64,000 nucleotides of DNA from Actinoplanes sp. (GTDB taxonomy: Bacteria > Actinomycetota > Actinomycetes > Mycobacteriales > Micromonosporaceae), in NCBI GenBank assembly GCA_036001925.1, contig DASYTU010000301.1, positions 669 to 64,668 on the forward strand, in the 5' to 3' direction. The notes below the pieces were generated by a model. It was not told the DNA's origin and ran no database searches. It worked only from the letters and a program-made list of their open reading frames with translations. Of the stretch, positions 9,198 through 18,656 are shown piece after piece. Made by a program: the position numbers and the translations under genes. Every line of letters starts with the position of its first letter. The first letter of the stretch is position 1.

Positions 9198-12100
9198 TTA
9201 CCAGCCCGATGCCGTGAGCACGACTGAGCTCGTTGCGGTATCGCCCCAGGCCAGCTCGCGGAGCAGGCTGAGCGCGCCCTCCTCCGGGTCGATGAGCCCG
9301 ATGCCGCGCCGCTCGTATTCCGCCGTCAGCTCCACGGTCACCATGCCGCCGTGGTTGCCGACCGGCGCCCACGGTCCCCAGTGCACGGTGAGCGCGCGGC
9401 CGCCGGAGTGGCGCGACCAGCGCGCGGCGAGCGTGCCGAGCGCGTCGTTGGCAGCGGCATAGTCGCTCTGCCCACGATTGCCGTAGGCAGCCGCAATGCT
9501 GCCGAACATCACCACGAAGCGGGGCGTGGACCCGGCTGCGTCGAGGGCGTCCAGCACTGACCGGGCACCGTCCACCTTGGTGCGGAAAACCCGCTCGAAC
9601 GATGCCGGATCCTTGTCCGCGACCAGCTTGTCCTCGATGATGCCGGCAGCGTATACGAGACCGTCAATGCGCCCGAAGTCGTCATGGATCTGCTTGACGA
9701 GCCGGTGCGTGGCTTCGTCGTCGCGCACATCGAGTGCGTGGTAGCGCACCTGCGCCCCCAGCTCGGTGAGCTCGTCGATGGTCGCCGCCACCTCGCGGGC
9801 CGCCAGGATGGCCGACGCGGTGCGGTCGATCTCGGCTGGCGAACGCATCCCGCGCCGAGCCAGAGTCGAGCGCAGCGCGGCCTTGTCGCGTGCCGCGGCC
9901 AGCTCGGCATCCTCGTCGGTCTGCGGCAACGGCGTCCGCCCGACCAGCTCGAGCCGGCAGCGCGCGGTGCCGGCCAGTGACCGGGCGAACCACGGTGTGA
10001 TGCCGCGAGCCCCGCCGATCAGCACGACGACCGAGTCGGCGTCGAGGCCGATGGCGCGCGCCTCGCTGACACCGTCCCCGGCCGGCCCGGCGCCACCGTC
10101 GGCCAGCGCGCCGAGCCCCGCAGGGGTGAGCAGCTCGGTCATCCGGCCGTCGGCGTGCCACTGCACGATCGGAGCAGGGGTCGCGTCACCGATCTCCCCG
10201 AACAGCGCCCGGGCCACCTCGTCACCGGTTGCGTCGGGGCGCACCTCGACGTAGCGGACCACGACGTCCGGATACTCCCGGGCCACGGCCCGGAAGAAGC
10301 CGGGCAGGCCATCCGTACGCGCGCCGCCGCCTGCCGGGCCGGCGGCGACCAGCCAGCGCGGGCCGGCCGCTAGCGCCGCCTTGAGGAAGCCGAAGGCTCC
10401 CGGCAACAGCGGGTCGGAACCGGTGAGCCCGTCGAGCAGGATGACGCCGTCGAAACCGGCGGGGTCGGTATCCGCCGCCGCGACCACACCGGACGCGCCC
10501 GCATCGGCCAGGAGGGCGGCAAGCGTGGCGGCGGCCACGGCACCACCGGTGATGAGGAACCGCGCACCGGCAAGCTCGACCCGCGAAGGAGTCACCGGGG
10601 CGGGCGCCCAGCCGCTGATCATGCGTTGAGGGGCGATGCCCGCGGCCGTCGGCGGCTGCACCGCCACGGCCTCAGCTCCGAAAGGGACATCCACCACCTC
10701 TTGGCCGGCCCCGTTGACCTGGGTGTCCAGCCAGGACACCATCGACCGCACCGTACGGGCCTTGACCAGTTCCTCCAGCTCGCCCTCGGCGCCGTCGACC
10801 GACAACCCCAACCGGTTGGCGACCTCACCGGCCACCTCAGCCCGCTTGATCGAGTCGACACTCAGATCGGCCTCCAGATCCAGATCGAGCTCGATCAGCT
10901 CCTCCGGATAACCCGTCCGCTCACTGATCACCGCCAGCACCGCAGCCTGCACATCAACCACCGCAGGCACGGCGACCGCAGGCTCGAAGACCGCCTGGGT
11001 CTCGGCGACGGTCGGCGCGACGAACGGGGTGGACGCGGGAGCCGGCGAGACCGGCGAGACGGCTGCCCGCTCGATCGCCGGCGGCCGCGGGGCGAGAGAG
11101 CGCACCGCGGTGCCTTCATCCGACTGCCAGACGAGCCGGCCACCCGAGCCGTCCCCAAGGAAGGCGAGCAGCACGTCGCGCTGGGTCGCGATCAGCTCGC
11201 GACTGGTCCGGAGGAAGTCGCTGACCAGCTCGCTCCGGGTGTCGTGGCCACCGCCGGCGGCGGCCCCGTCGGACGCGGACATCGGAAGTACCTCGATTCG
11301 TCGGGGCGGGTTCACCCCACCGGCAAGATGGTTACCGTCACGATCACGTACGAGCTGGCCGTCGACGGTCCAGACGGGACGGTCATTGCGCGGGGCGGCG
11401 GCTACACCCGCCACGTCGCGGCCGCGGAAGAGCCATCCTGTGTTGACCGGCACGCCGGCGCAGGCAAGCTCGGCAGCGGCGACGAGCAGGCCGCGCAGGC
11501 CGTCACCGGAGCGACCGTCCGGAGCCACCGTCACGTGCGGCCGGTCGCCGAGCACCGCGTCCACCAGGCCGCTGAGCACGCGGCCCGGGCCCGCTTCCAC
11601 GAACACGCGGGCGCCCGCCTCGTACATGGCTTCGATCTGCTCCAGGAAGCGCACCGGCGCACCGATCTGCGCGGCCAGCCCGGCGCGCACGTCCTCGGCC
11701 GTCATCGGATAGGGCTGCGCGGTGTGGTTGGACCAGGCCTGCATCGCCGGCCGGGACACCTCTCGGCCGGCGAGGGTCACGGCGAACGACTCGGTAGCGC
11801 CGGCCACGACCGGGCTGTGGAAGGCGCAGGCGACCGGGATGTGCCGGGCCCGCAGCCCGCCCTCGCTCAAGGCGGTGACGGCCCGGCCGATGACCTCGGT
11901 CGGCCCGGATATGACGACCTGGGTGGGCGCGTTGTGGTTGGCGAGCGTCACCTCGTCGGTGAGGCCGGCCGCGGTCAGAACCTCGGTGATCCGCTCGGGG
12001 GTGCCGCTGACCGCCGCCATCGTGCCCGGATCGTCGCCCGCGGCGGCGACGATAGCCTCGGCCCGCTCCCGGCTCAGCTCGAGCAGGGTGGCCGGATCGA

Positions 12101-15100
12101 ACGCGCCGGCAGTGCAGAGCGCCACCAACTCGCCGTAGCTGTGTCCGCCCACCATGTCGGGCCGGATGCCGAAATCGCGCAGCAGGTGATCGACGGCGAG
12201 GCCGCAGATGCCGAGGACCGGCTGGGCGACCCGCGTGTCCCGGAGGCGTTCGCGATGCTCCTGGTCCGTCGCCTCGTCGAATGCGGCCGGCGGATAGAGC
12301 AACGGCGCCCACTCGCGGCCCAACTGCAAATACTGATGCAGCTGCGGAAAGGTGACGAACAAGTCGGCCAGGGCAGCCGGACGCTGGCTGCCCTGCCCGG
12401 GGAACAGGAACGCGACCTTGCCGGGCTCCGCGGCCGCCTCGGCGGGCTGGATGAGGCCGAGGCGCGGGTCGTGGTCGCCGTCGAGCGCTCGGTGCAGCAG
12501 GTCGACCAGGTTCGGCACGTTTTCCGCGACGACGGCGATGCGGACCTTCCCGCTCCGCTCATCGGTGCCGCGGGCGGCCTCGGCGGCCAGGTCGCGCAGC
12601 CGGGCCCCGGGGTTGGCGACGACGTTGTCGAGCAGTTTGCTGACCGCGCGGCGGGCGGCGACCCGGTCGGCGCCCCGGAAGAGGAACAGCTCGGCGGGCC
12701 ACTCGTGGCGCGCGTGCTGCGGGTCGGCGGTCGGCGCGTGTGCGCCCATCACCACGTGGAAGTTGGTGCCGCCGAAACCGAACGCACTGACACCGGCCAG
12801 CCTCTCCTCGGGCGGCAGCGCCCAGGGGCTGGGCTCGGTATGGAACGCGAACGGGCTGCGTTCCGGGCTCCACGCGGGATTGGGCCTGCTCAGGTGCAGC
12901 GTCGGCGGCTTGACCCCGGTGTGCAGGGCCAGCGCGGCCTTGATCACCCCGGCCATACCGGAGGCGCATTTGGTGTGACCGATCTGCGACTTCACCGACC
13001 CGAGCACCGTGTTGCCCGGCGTGGCACCCGACTCGGTGAAGAGCTTGGTCAGGGTCTCCAGCTCGGTGCGGTCGCCGACGACCGTGCCCGTGCCGTGCGC
13101 CTCGACGAGGCCGACCTGCGCGGGCGAGACGCCTGCGACGGAATAGGCGCGGTCGAGGGCTCGGCGCTGCCCGTCGGCGCGCGGAGCGGTCAGGCCCAGC
13201 GCACGCCCGTCGCTGGCGCCGCCCACGCCCTTGATCACCGCGTACACCCGATCGCCGTCGCGTTCGGCGTCGCTCAGGCGCTTCAGCACGATGGCCGCGA
13301 CGCCCTCCCCGAGCGCGATGCCGTCCCCGGTGCTGTCGAATGTGCGGCAGCGGCCCGTCGGGGACAACGCGTGCGCCGAGGTGAACATGATGTAGTCGTT
13401 GATGCCGTTGTGCAGGTCTGCGCCGCCGCAGATCATCATGTCGCTGGCCCCGGTGGTCAGCTCCTTGCAGGCGGAGTCGAGCGCGGCTAGTGACGATGCG
13501 CACGCGGCGTCGACCGTGAAGTTGGGGCCGCCGAGGTCGAGGCGGTTGGCGACCCGGCCGGCGGTCACGTTGGCCAACACACCTGGGAAGGTGTCCTCGG
13601 TGATCTCCGGCAGCTCGTCGATCAGACCGGCCGGCACCTCGCCGAAGTAGGCCGGCAGAAGTGTCCGCAGGTTGATCGCGTGGCTCAGGTCGCTGCCCTC
13701 TTCGGAGCCGAAGACGACGCCGGTGCGGGAGTGATCGACACCCGCGTCGTACGGGTAGCCCGCGTCCACCAGCGCGCGGGCGGAGATCTCCAGGGCGAGC
13801 AGCTGGGTCGGGTCGATGGTGGCCAGCGCCGTCGGCGGGATGCCGTACTTGATGGCGTCGAACGGAACCGGGTCGATGAATCCGCCCCACCGGGAGACCG
13901 AATACCGGCCCGTCTCGCCAGGCCCGACCTGCGGCGCGTAGTAGGTGTCCACGTCCCACCGCTGCGGCGGCACCTCGGTGATCGCATCGGCGCCGCCGAG
14001 GATGGTCTGCCAGTATGCGGCGAGGTCGGCCGAGCCCGGAAACACACAGGCCATGCCCACGATGGCTATGTCCAGCGGCGCCGGGGCCGGCTGCGCCTTC
14101 GGGTCGCTGAGGCGGAGGCCGGCGCGGAGGGCAGCGACCCGTTCGGCGTGCAGCGCGGCGGCCTCGCTGCTGACCTGTGCGTGCAGGTCGGCGACGGTGG
14201 TGGCGGAGTGCCGCAGCACGGCGACCTGGCCGGCCATGAAGAGCCCCTCGGCGGCCTGCGCGTCGTCGTCCACGCCGACGAGCGCGTCGCCGTCGCGGCG
14301 CAGGCCCTTGCTGGCGATCCGCAACCGCCCGACATTGAGCTGTTCAAGCTGCTCCCAGACCACCCGGTTCTCCACACCCGCGTCCTCGAGCGACTCGCGG
14401 AGCTGGTGGAAGTCGTCGACGAAGTTCGACTCCAGGCACCGGGTGGCGTGGCCGGGCGCGGTCTCGAGCAGCGCGGTCCGGGTGGCGTCGATGGCCTGCT
14501 GCTGGAACAGCGGCTGGATCGCGCCGTGCGTGACCGCCTCCGCGGTGAACAGATATGCCGTGCCCATCAGCACGCCGACCTTCGCGCCGCGGCGGGTGAG
14601 CGGGCCCGCCATCGCGGCGACCATCGCGGCGGACCGCTCGTCGTGGATCCCGCCGGCGAAGAAGATCTGCAGCTCGGCGGCGACGCCGTCGGACTTGCCG
14701 TCGAGGAACTCCTCGAGCACCGCGAGCTGCGCCTCCCAGAGCGGGAAGCTGGCGCGCGGGCCGACATGGCCACCGCACTCGGCGCCCTCGAAGATGAACT
14801 TGCGCGAGCCGGCCTGCAGGAACTGGCGCAGCAGGCCCGGCGACGGCACATGCAGGAACGAGCTGATCCCCTCCGCCTCCAGACCCTTGGCCTGGGCTGG
14901 CCGGCCGCCCGCGATGATCGCCACCTGCGGCTTGATCTCGCGGATGATCTCGATCTGCGCGGCCCGCAGCGCCTCGGGCGCGAAACCCAGCACGCCGACA
15001 CCCCAGGGCCGGTCGCCGAGCGCGGTCTGCGCCTCGGTCAGCATCCGGCGGGACTGCTCGGCGTTCGCCAGGGCGAGCGCGAGGAACGGCAGGGCCCCCG

Positions 15101-16064
15101 CGTCGGCCACGGCGGCGGCGAAGCCGGCCTCGTCGCTGACCCGGGTCATCGGTCCCTGCGCCACGGGCAGCGACACGCCGAGCGCACGCGCCAGCGGTGC
15201 GCCGGGCTTGAGGACCTCGCCCGCGTCGCCGTGCTCGATCGCATCCATGATGGACTGCCGGATGCCGCGCACCGCCGCGGCGGTATCGGCCCAACGGCCG
15301 GCGAACTCGCGGGCGAGCCAGCCGTCCTGGCCGACCGGCAGCAGCGTCTCGCCGCGGCGCAGGCCCCGGCGCTCGCCCTCGGGCACCACCTCGGTGCCGT
15401 CCATCCGACGGAGCAGAGCCGCGACATCATCGGGCAATGTGGACTCCGGCAGGAGCGCGAGTTGGGTGTCGAGCAGCACGCCCGCCGCCCCGCCGACGAC
15501 CGAGGCCGCCGCTGTCCGCGGGCCGATGCCGCCGGCCACCCAAACCGGAAGATCCACTTCGGTCACTAGCTGTTGCATGAGGACGAAAGCGCTCAGCTCG
15601 CTGACCCGGCCGCCCGACTCCATGCCGCGCGCGATCAGCCCGTGCACTCCGGCGGCCTCGGCGGCCCGTGCCTCGGCCAGGCTGGTGACCTCGACGATCA
15701 CTTCGTACTTCGCGGTCAGGTCGGCGGCCGGCCAGGGCGCGTCGGCGGTCAGCACGACCAGGTCGACGGCGTGCGGGCGGAGATCCGCCGGGGTGGCGGC
15801 GCAGCCGGCGCCGACGCGCACGCCGAAGCCGCCGGTCACACGCGCGGCGGCCTGCGCCAGCACGCGCAGGGACCACGCGTCGCCGGCGCCGAGGTCGACG
15901 ATGGGCACAGCGCCGGCCCGCGCGGCCGCGGTGGCGGCATGCGGGCTGGGCTCCAGGCCTGACCCGCCGGTGACGGCGATGATCAGGCGATTCGGGTTCT
16001 GGGCAGAACGCATCGGACTCCCGCTTCGTGGGTGGGGCACGGGGGAATGGGGGTCGCGCATCAA
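9198..16064 (-). CDS. Type I PKS (PUFA synthase/hglE-like): FMN-type enoyl reductase-KS-AT-ACP-KR
   Basis: N-terminal FabK/PfaD/nitronate-monooxygenase-like region (QGPMTRVS, EGAECGGHVG, AGGIHD, GTAYL); KS DAACASS, EAHGTGT, GHTK; AT GHSYG; ACP LSVDSIKR; KR GGARGI and YAAAN. Exact start uncertain. Confidence 0.9.
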   Translation of the reverse strand: MMRDPHSPVPHPRSGSPMRSAQNPNRLIIAVTGGSGLEPSPHAATAAARAGAVPIVDLGAGDAWSLRVLAQAAARVTGGFGVRVGAGCAATPADLRPHAVDLVVLTADAPWPAADLTAKYEVIVEVTSLAEARAAEAAGVHGLIARGMESGGRVSELSAFVLMQQLVTEVDLPVWVAGGIGPRTAAASVVGGAAGVLLDTQLALLPESTLPDDVAALLRRMDGTEVVPEGERRGLRRGETLLPVGQDGWLAREFAGRWADTAAAVRGIRQSIMDAIEHGDAGEVLKPGAPLARALGVSLPVAQGPMTRVSDEAGFAAAVADAGALPFLALALANAEQSRRMLTEAQTALGDRPWGVGVLGFAPEALRAAQIEIIREIKPQVAIIAGGRPAQAKGLEAEGISSFLHVPSPGLLRQFLQAGSRKFIFEGAECGGHVGPRASFPLWEAQLAVLEEFLDGKSDGVAAELQIFFAGGIHDERSAAMVAAMAGPLTRRGAKVGVLMGTAYLFTAEAVTHGAIQPLFQQQAIDATRTALLETAPGHATRCLESNFVDDFHQLRESLEDAGVENRVVWEQLEQLNVGRLRIASKGLRRDGDALVGVDDDAQAAEGLFMAGQVAVLRHSATTVADLHAQVSSEAAALHAERVAALRAGLRLSDPKAQPAPAPLDIAIVGMACVFPGSADLAAYWQTILGGADAITEVPPQRWDVDTYYAPQVGPGETGRYSVSRWGGFIDPVPFDAIKYGIPPTALATIDPTQLLALEISARALVDAGYPYDAGVDHSRTGVVFGSEEGSDLSHAINLRTLLPAYFGEVPAGLIDELPEITEDTFPGVLANVTAGRVANRLDLGGPNFTVDAACASSLAALDSACKELTTGASDMMICGGADLHNGINDYIMFTSAHALSPTGRCRTFDSTGDGIALGEGVAAIVLKRLSDAERDGDRVYAVIKGVGGASDGRALGLTAPRADGQRRALDRAYSVAGVSPAQVGLVEAHGTGTVVGDRTELETLTKLFTESGATPGNTVLGSVKSQIGHTKCASGMAGVIKAALALHTGVKPPTLHLSRPNPAWSPERSPFAFHTEPSPWALPPEERLAGVSAFGFGGTNFHVVMGAHAPTADPQHARHEWPAELFLFRGADRVAARRAVSKLLDNVVANPGARLRDLAAEAARGTDERSGKVRIAVVAENVPNLVDLLHRALDGDHDPRLGLIQPAEAAAEPGKVAFLFPGQGSQRPAALADLFVTFPQLHQYLQLGREWAPLLYPPAAFDEATDQEHRERLRDTRVAQPVLGICGLAVDHLLRDFGIRPDMVGGHSYGELVALCTAGAFDPATLLELSRERAEAIVAAAGDDPGTMAAVSGTPERITEVLTAAGLTDEVTLANHNAPTQVVISGPTEVIGRAVTALSEGGLRARHIPVACAFHSPVVAGATESFAVTLAGREVSRPAMQAWSNHTAQPYPMTAEDVRAGLAAQIGAPVRFLEQIEAMYEAGARVFVEAGPGRVLSGLVDAVLGDRPHVTVAPDGRSGDGLRGLLVAAAELACAGVPVNTGWLFRGRDVAGVAAAPRNDRPVWTVDGQLVRDRDGNHLAGGVNPPRRIEVLPMSASDGAAAGGGHDTRSELVSDFLRTSRELIATQRDVLLAFLGDGSGGRLVWQSDEGTAVRSLAPRPPAIERAAVSPVSPAPASTPFVAPTVAETQAVFEPAVAVPAVVDVQAAVLAVISERTGYPEELIELDLDLEADLSVDSIKRAEVAGEVANRLGLSVDGAEGELEELVKARTVRSMVSWLDTQVNGAGQEVVDVPFGAEAVAVQPPTAAGIAPQRMISGWAPAPVTPSRVELAGARFLITGGAVAAATLAALLADAGASGVVAAADTDPAGFDGVILLDGLTGSDPLLPGAFGFLKAALAAGPRWLVAAGPAGGGARTDGLPGFFRAVAREYPDVVVRYVEVRPDATGDEVARALFGEIGDATPAPIVQWHADGRMTELLTPAGLGALADGGAGPAGDGVSEARAIGLDADSVVVLIGGARGITPWFARSLAGTARCRLELVGRTPLPQTDEDAELAAARDKAALRSTLARRGMRSPAEIDRTASAILAAREVAATIDELTELGAQVRYHALDVRDDEATHRLVKQIHDDFGRIDGLVYAAGIIEDKLVADKDPASFERVFRTKVDGARSVLDALDAAGSTPRFVVMFGSIAAAYGNRGQSDYAAANDALGTLAARWSRHSGGRALTVHWGPWAPVGNHGGMVTVELTAEYERRGIGLIDPEEGALSLLRELAWGDTATSSVVLTASGW

Positions 16065-16276
16065 CTATTAAATTTCGATGAATGTCAATACATCTATCCC
16101 GTTCGGCTAGAGAAGTTATCGGGCACTGATTACAGCGCGGTTACACCTTGTCGATTGAAAACGTGGAGATTTTCCCGCCGACCCCGTCCCGTTCCGGCGC
16201 GCGACTACCGGAATCACCGTCACGGACGGCGTTTCTTTCGTGACGCAAAGACCAATGGCGGCCAGCGGTGGCGAAG

Positions 16277-16305
16277 CTACGGTCGCGTAGGTTACGGTGA
16301 CGTAA
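16277..16305. promoter_or_regulatory. Tandem palindromic operator candidate upstream of the desaturase
   Basis: CTACG-GTCG-CGTAG (16277-16290) and TTACG-GTGA-CGTAA (16292-16305), 15-bp period. Confidence 0.5.
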
Positions 16306-16363
16306 GCGTAAGTTGTTGATCATCGCTCCGCCTCCGCCCGAATCTCGTCCCCTGTGAGGTGCC

Positions 16364-17326
16364 ATGACTACCGTTCTCATCGAACCGACACCGAAGACCG
16401 GCCCGAAGCCGCTGACCGAGGGCCCGCAGCCGCGGGGCATCCTGGTGGCGCTGTACGCGTTCGTGATCGTGCCGTTCCTGGCCGTCCTGGTTGCCGTACC
16501 GGTGGCCTGGGGCGGCTGGCTCAGCTGGACGGACATCGCCATCGCCGCGGTCTTCTACGTGGTGTCCGGCCTCGGCATCACCGTCGGCTTCCACCGCTAC
16601 TTCACGCACGGCTCGTTCAAGGCGAAACGCTGGCTGCGCGTCACGCTCGCGGTGGCCGGCTCGCTGGCCGTCGAGGGCGACATCGTCCAATGGGTCGCCG
16701 ACCACCGCCGGCACCACGCGTTCAGCGACCAGGAGGGTGACCCGCACTCGCCGTGGCGGTTCGGCACCGGCTACTGGGCGCTCGCCAAGGGCCTGTTCTT
16801 CGCCCATCTGGGCTGGATGTTCAGCCGCGAGCTGTCCAACCGGGCCCGGTTCGCGCCCGACCTGCTCGCCGACAAGGACATCCGCCGCGTCGGCCAGCTG
16901 TTCCCGCTCTGGGTCGCCGTCTCCACGCTCGGTCCCGCCCTCGCCGGCGGCCTCATCACGTGGTCCTGGCAGGGCGCGGTCACCGCCTTCTTCTGGGCCG
17001 GCATCATCCGCATCGGCCTGCTGCACCACATCACCTGGTCGATCAACTCGGTCTGCCACGTGTACGGCGAGCGGCCGTTCGAGGTACGCGACGGCGACAA
17101 GGCGTCCAACTTCTGGCCACTCGCGCTCCTGTCGTTCGGGGAGAGCTGGCACAACCTGCACCACGCCGACCCGACCTGCGCCCGGCACGGCGTCCTTCGC
17201 GGACAGATCGACATTTCGGCCCGGGTGATCTGGCTGTTCGAGAAGATCGGCGCCGCCTCCGACGTCAGGTGGCCGCGGCCCGAGCGGCTCGCCGCGAAGA
17301 TGGTCAAAGCGACGTCGCCGCGGTGA
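16364..17326 (+). CDS. Membrane acyl-CoA (delta-9-type) fatty acid desaturase
   Basis: Three His boxes HRYFTH, HRRHH, HNLHH; GDPHSP; transmembrane segments. Confidence 0.93.
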   Translation: MTTVLIEPTPKTGPKPLTEGPQPRGILVALYAFVIVPFLAVLVAVPVAWGGWLSWTDIAIAAVFYVVSGLGITVGFHRYFTHGSFKAKRWLRVTLAVAGSLAVEGDIVQWVADHRRHHAFSDQEGDPHSPWRFGTGYWALAKGLFFAHLGWMFSRELSNRARFAPDLLADKDIRRVGQLFPLWVAVSTLGPALAGGLITWSWQGAVTAFFWAGIIRIGLLHHITWSINSVCHVYGERPFEVRDGDKASNFWPLALLSFGESWHNLHHADPTCARHGVLRGQIDISARVIWLFEKIGAASDVRWPRPERLAAKMVKATSPR

Positions 17327-17388
17327 ATGCGCCCGTCACCGGCCCCGCGGGGACGGTGGGAACCGGTGACGGCTGGCAGGATGGCCGG

Positions 17389-18108
<720 letters not shown>

Positions 18109-18113
18109 GGCGG

Positions 18114-18572
18114 TCAGCGCGGGCTGTGCGCCGCCTCCTGCTCGGCGCGGCTTTCCTCCTCGGTGCCGACCTTGCCGTAGAGCCCTGCCATGATCAGCAC
18201 GAGGCCCAGAAGGTAGGTGACGACCACCGTGGCGATGCTGAAGTCGAGCACGTTCGCGTCCGTACGCGCGGTCGCGAGACCGTAGGTGCCCACCACGAGC
18301 ATGCCCCAGCCGACGTACCTGTCGGTCTCCGTGATGAGGTTGCGGCCCAGCAGCGTCGTCACCAGCACGATCGCACCGAGGATCAGGCAGACGATCGACC
18401 AGAACAGATTCGCGCCCTGACCCAGGACGCGATGTCCGGCCCTGCCGAAGAGTCCGTCGCCGGACGTGACGACCAGGCCGACGATCCCGAAAATGATCAG
18501 ATAGATCCCCACGAGGCCGCTGAGGGCGCGGTAGAGCGGCCGCAACGGGTGGTTGACCGGATAATGCGCCAT
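18114..18572 (-). CDS. Small membrane protein (DUF4383-like)
   Basis: MAHYPVNHP start, four hydrophobic segments. Confidence 0.7.
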   Translation of the reverse strand: MAHYPVNHPLRPLYRALSGLVGIYLIIFGIVGLVVTSGDGLFGRAGHRVLGQGANLFWSIVCLILGAIVLVTTLLGRNLITETDRYVGWGMLVVGTYGLATARTDANVLDFSIATVVVTYLLGLVLIMAGLYGKVGTEEESRAEQEAAHSPR

Positions 18573-18656
18573 CGTGTCCGTCTCCAACGTCGGTCGCGCC
18601 AGGCTGTCGTGCCGATTCTCGCGTATCGCCAGAGCCGGCGCGGTGGCACCCCCGGA

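Noticed and set aside
4718-16064. Enediyne PksE cluster
   Set aside because: Has an ER, two KS-AT pairs and an alpha/beta-hydrolase rather than a hot-dog thioesterase; no E3/E4/E5-like genes recognised.
422-16071. Very long plus-strand ORFs (598, 1150, 954, 629, 708 aa)
   Set aside because: Antisense shadows of high-GC genes; no motifs, biased composition.
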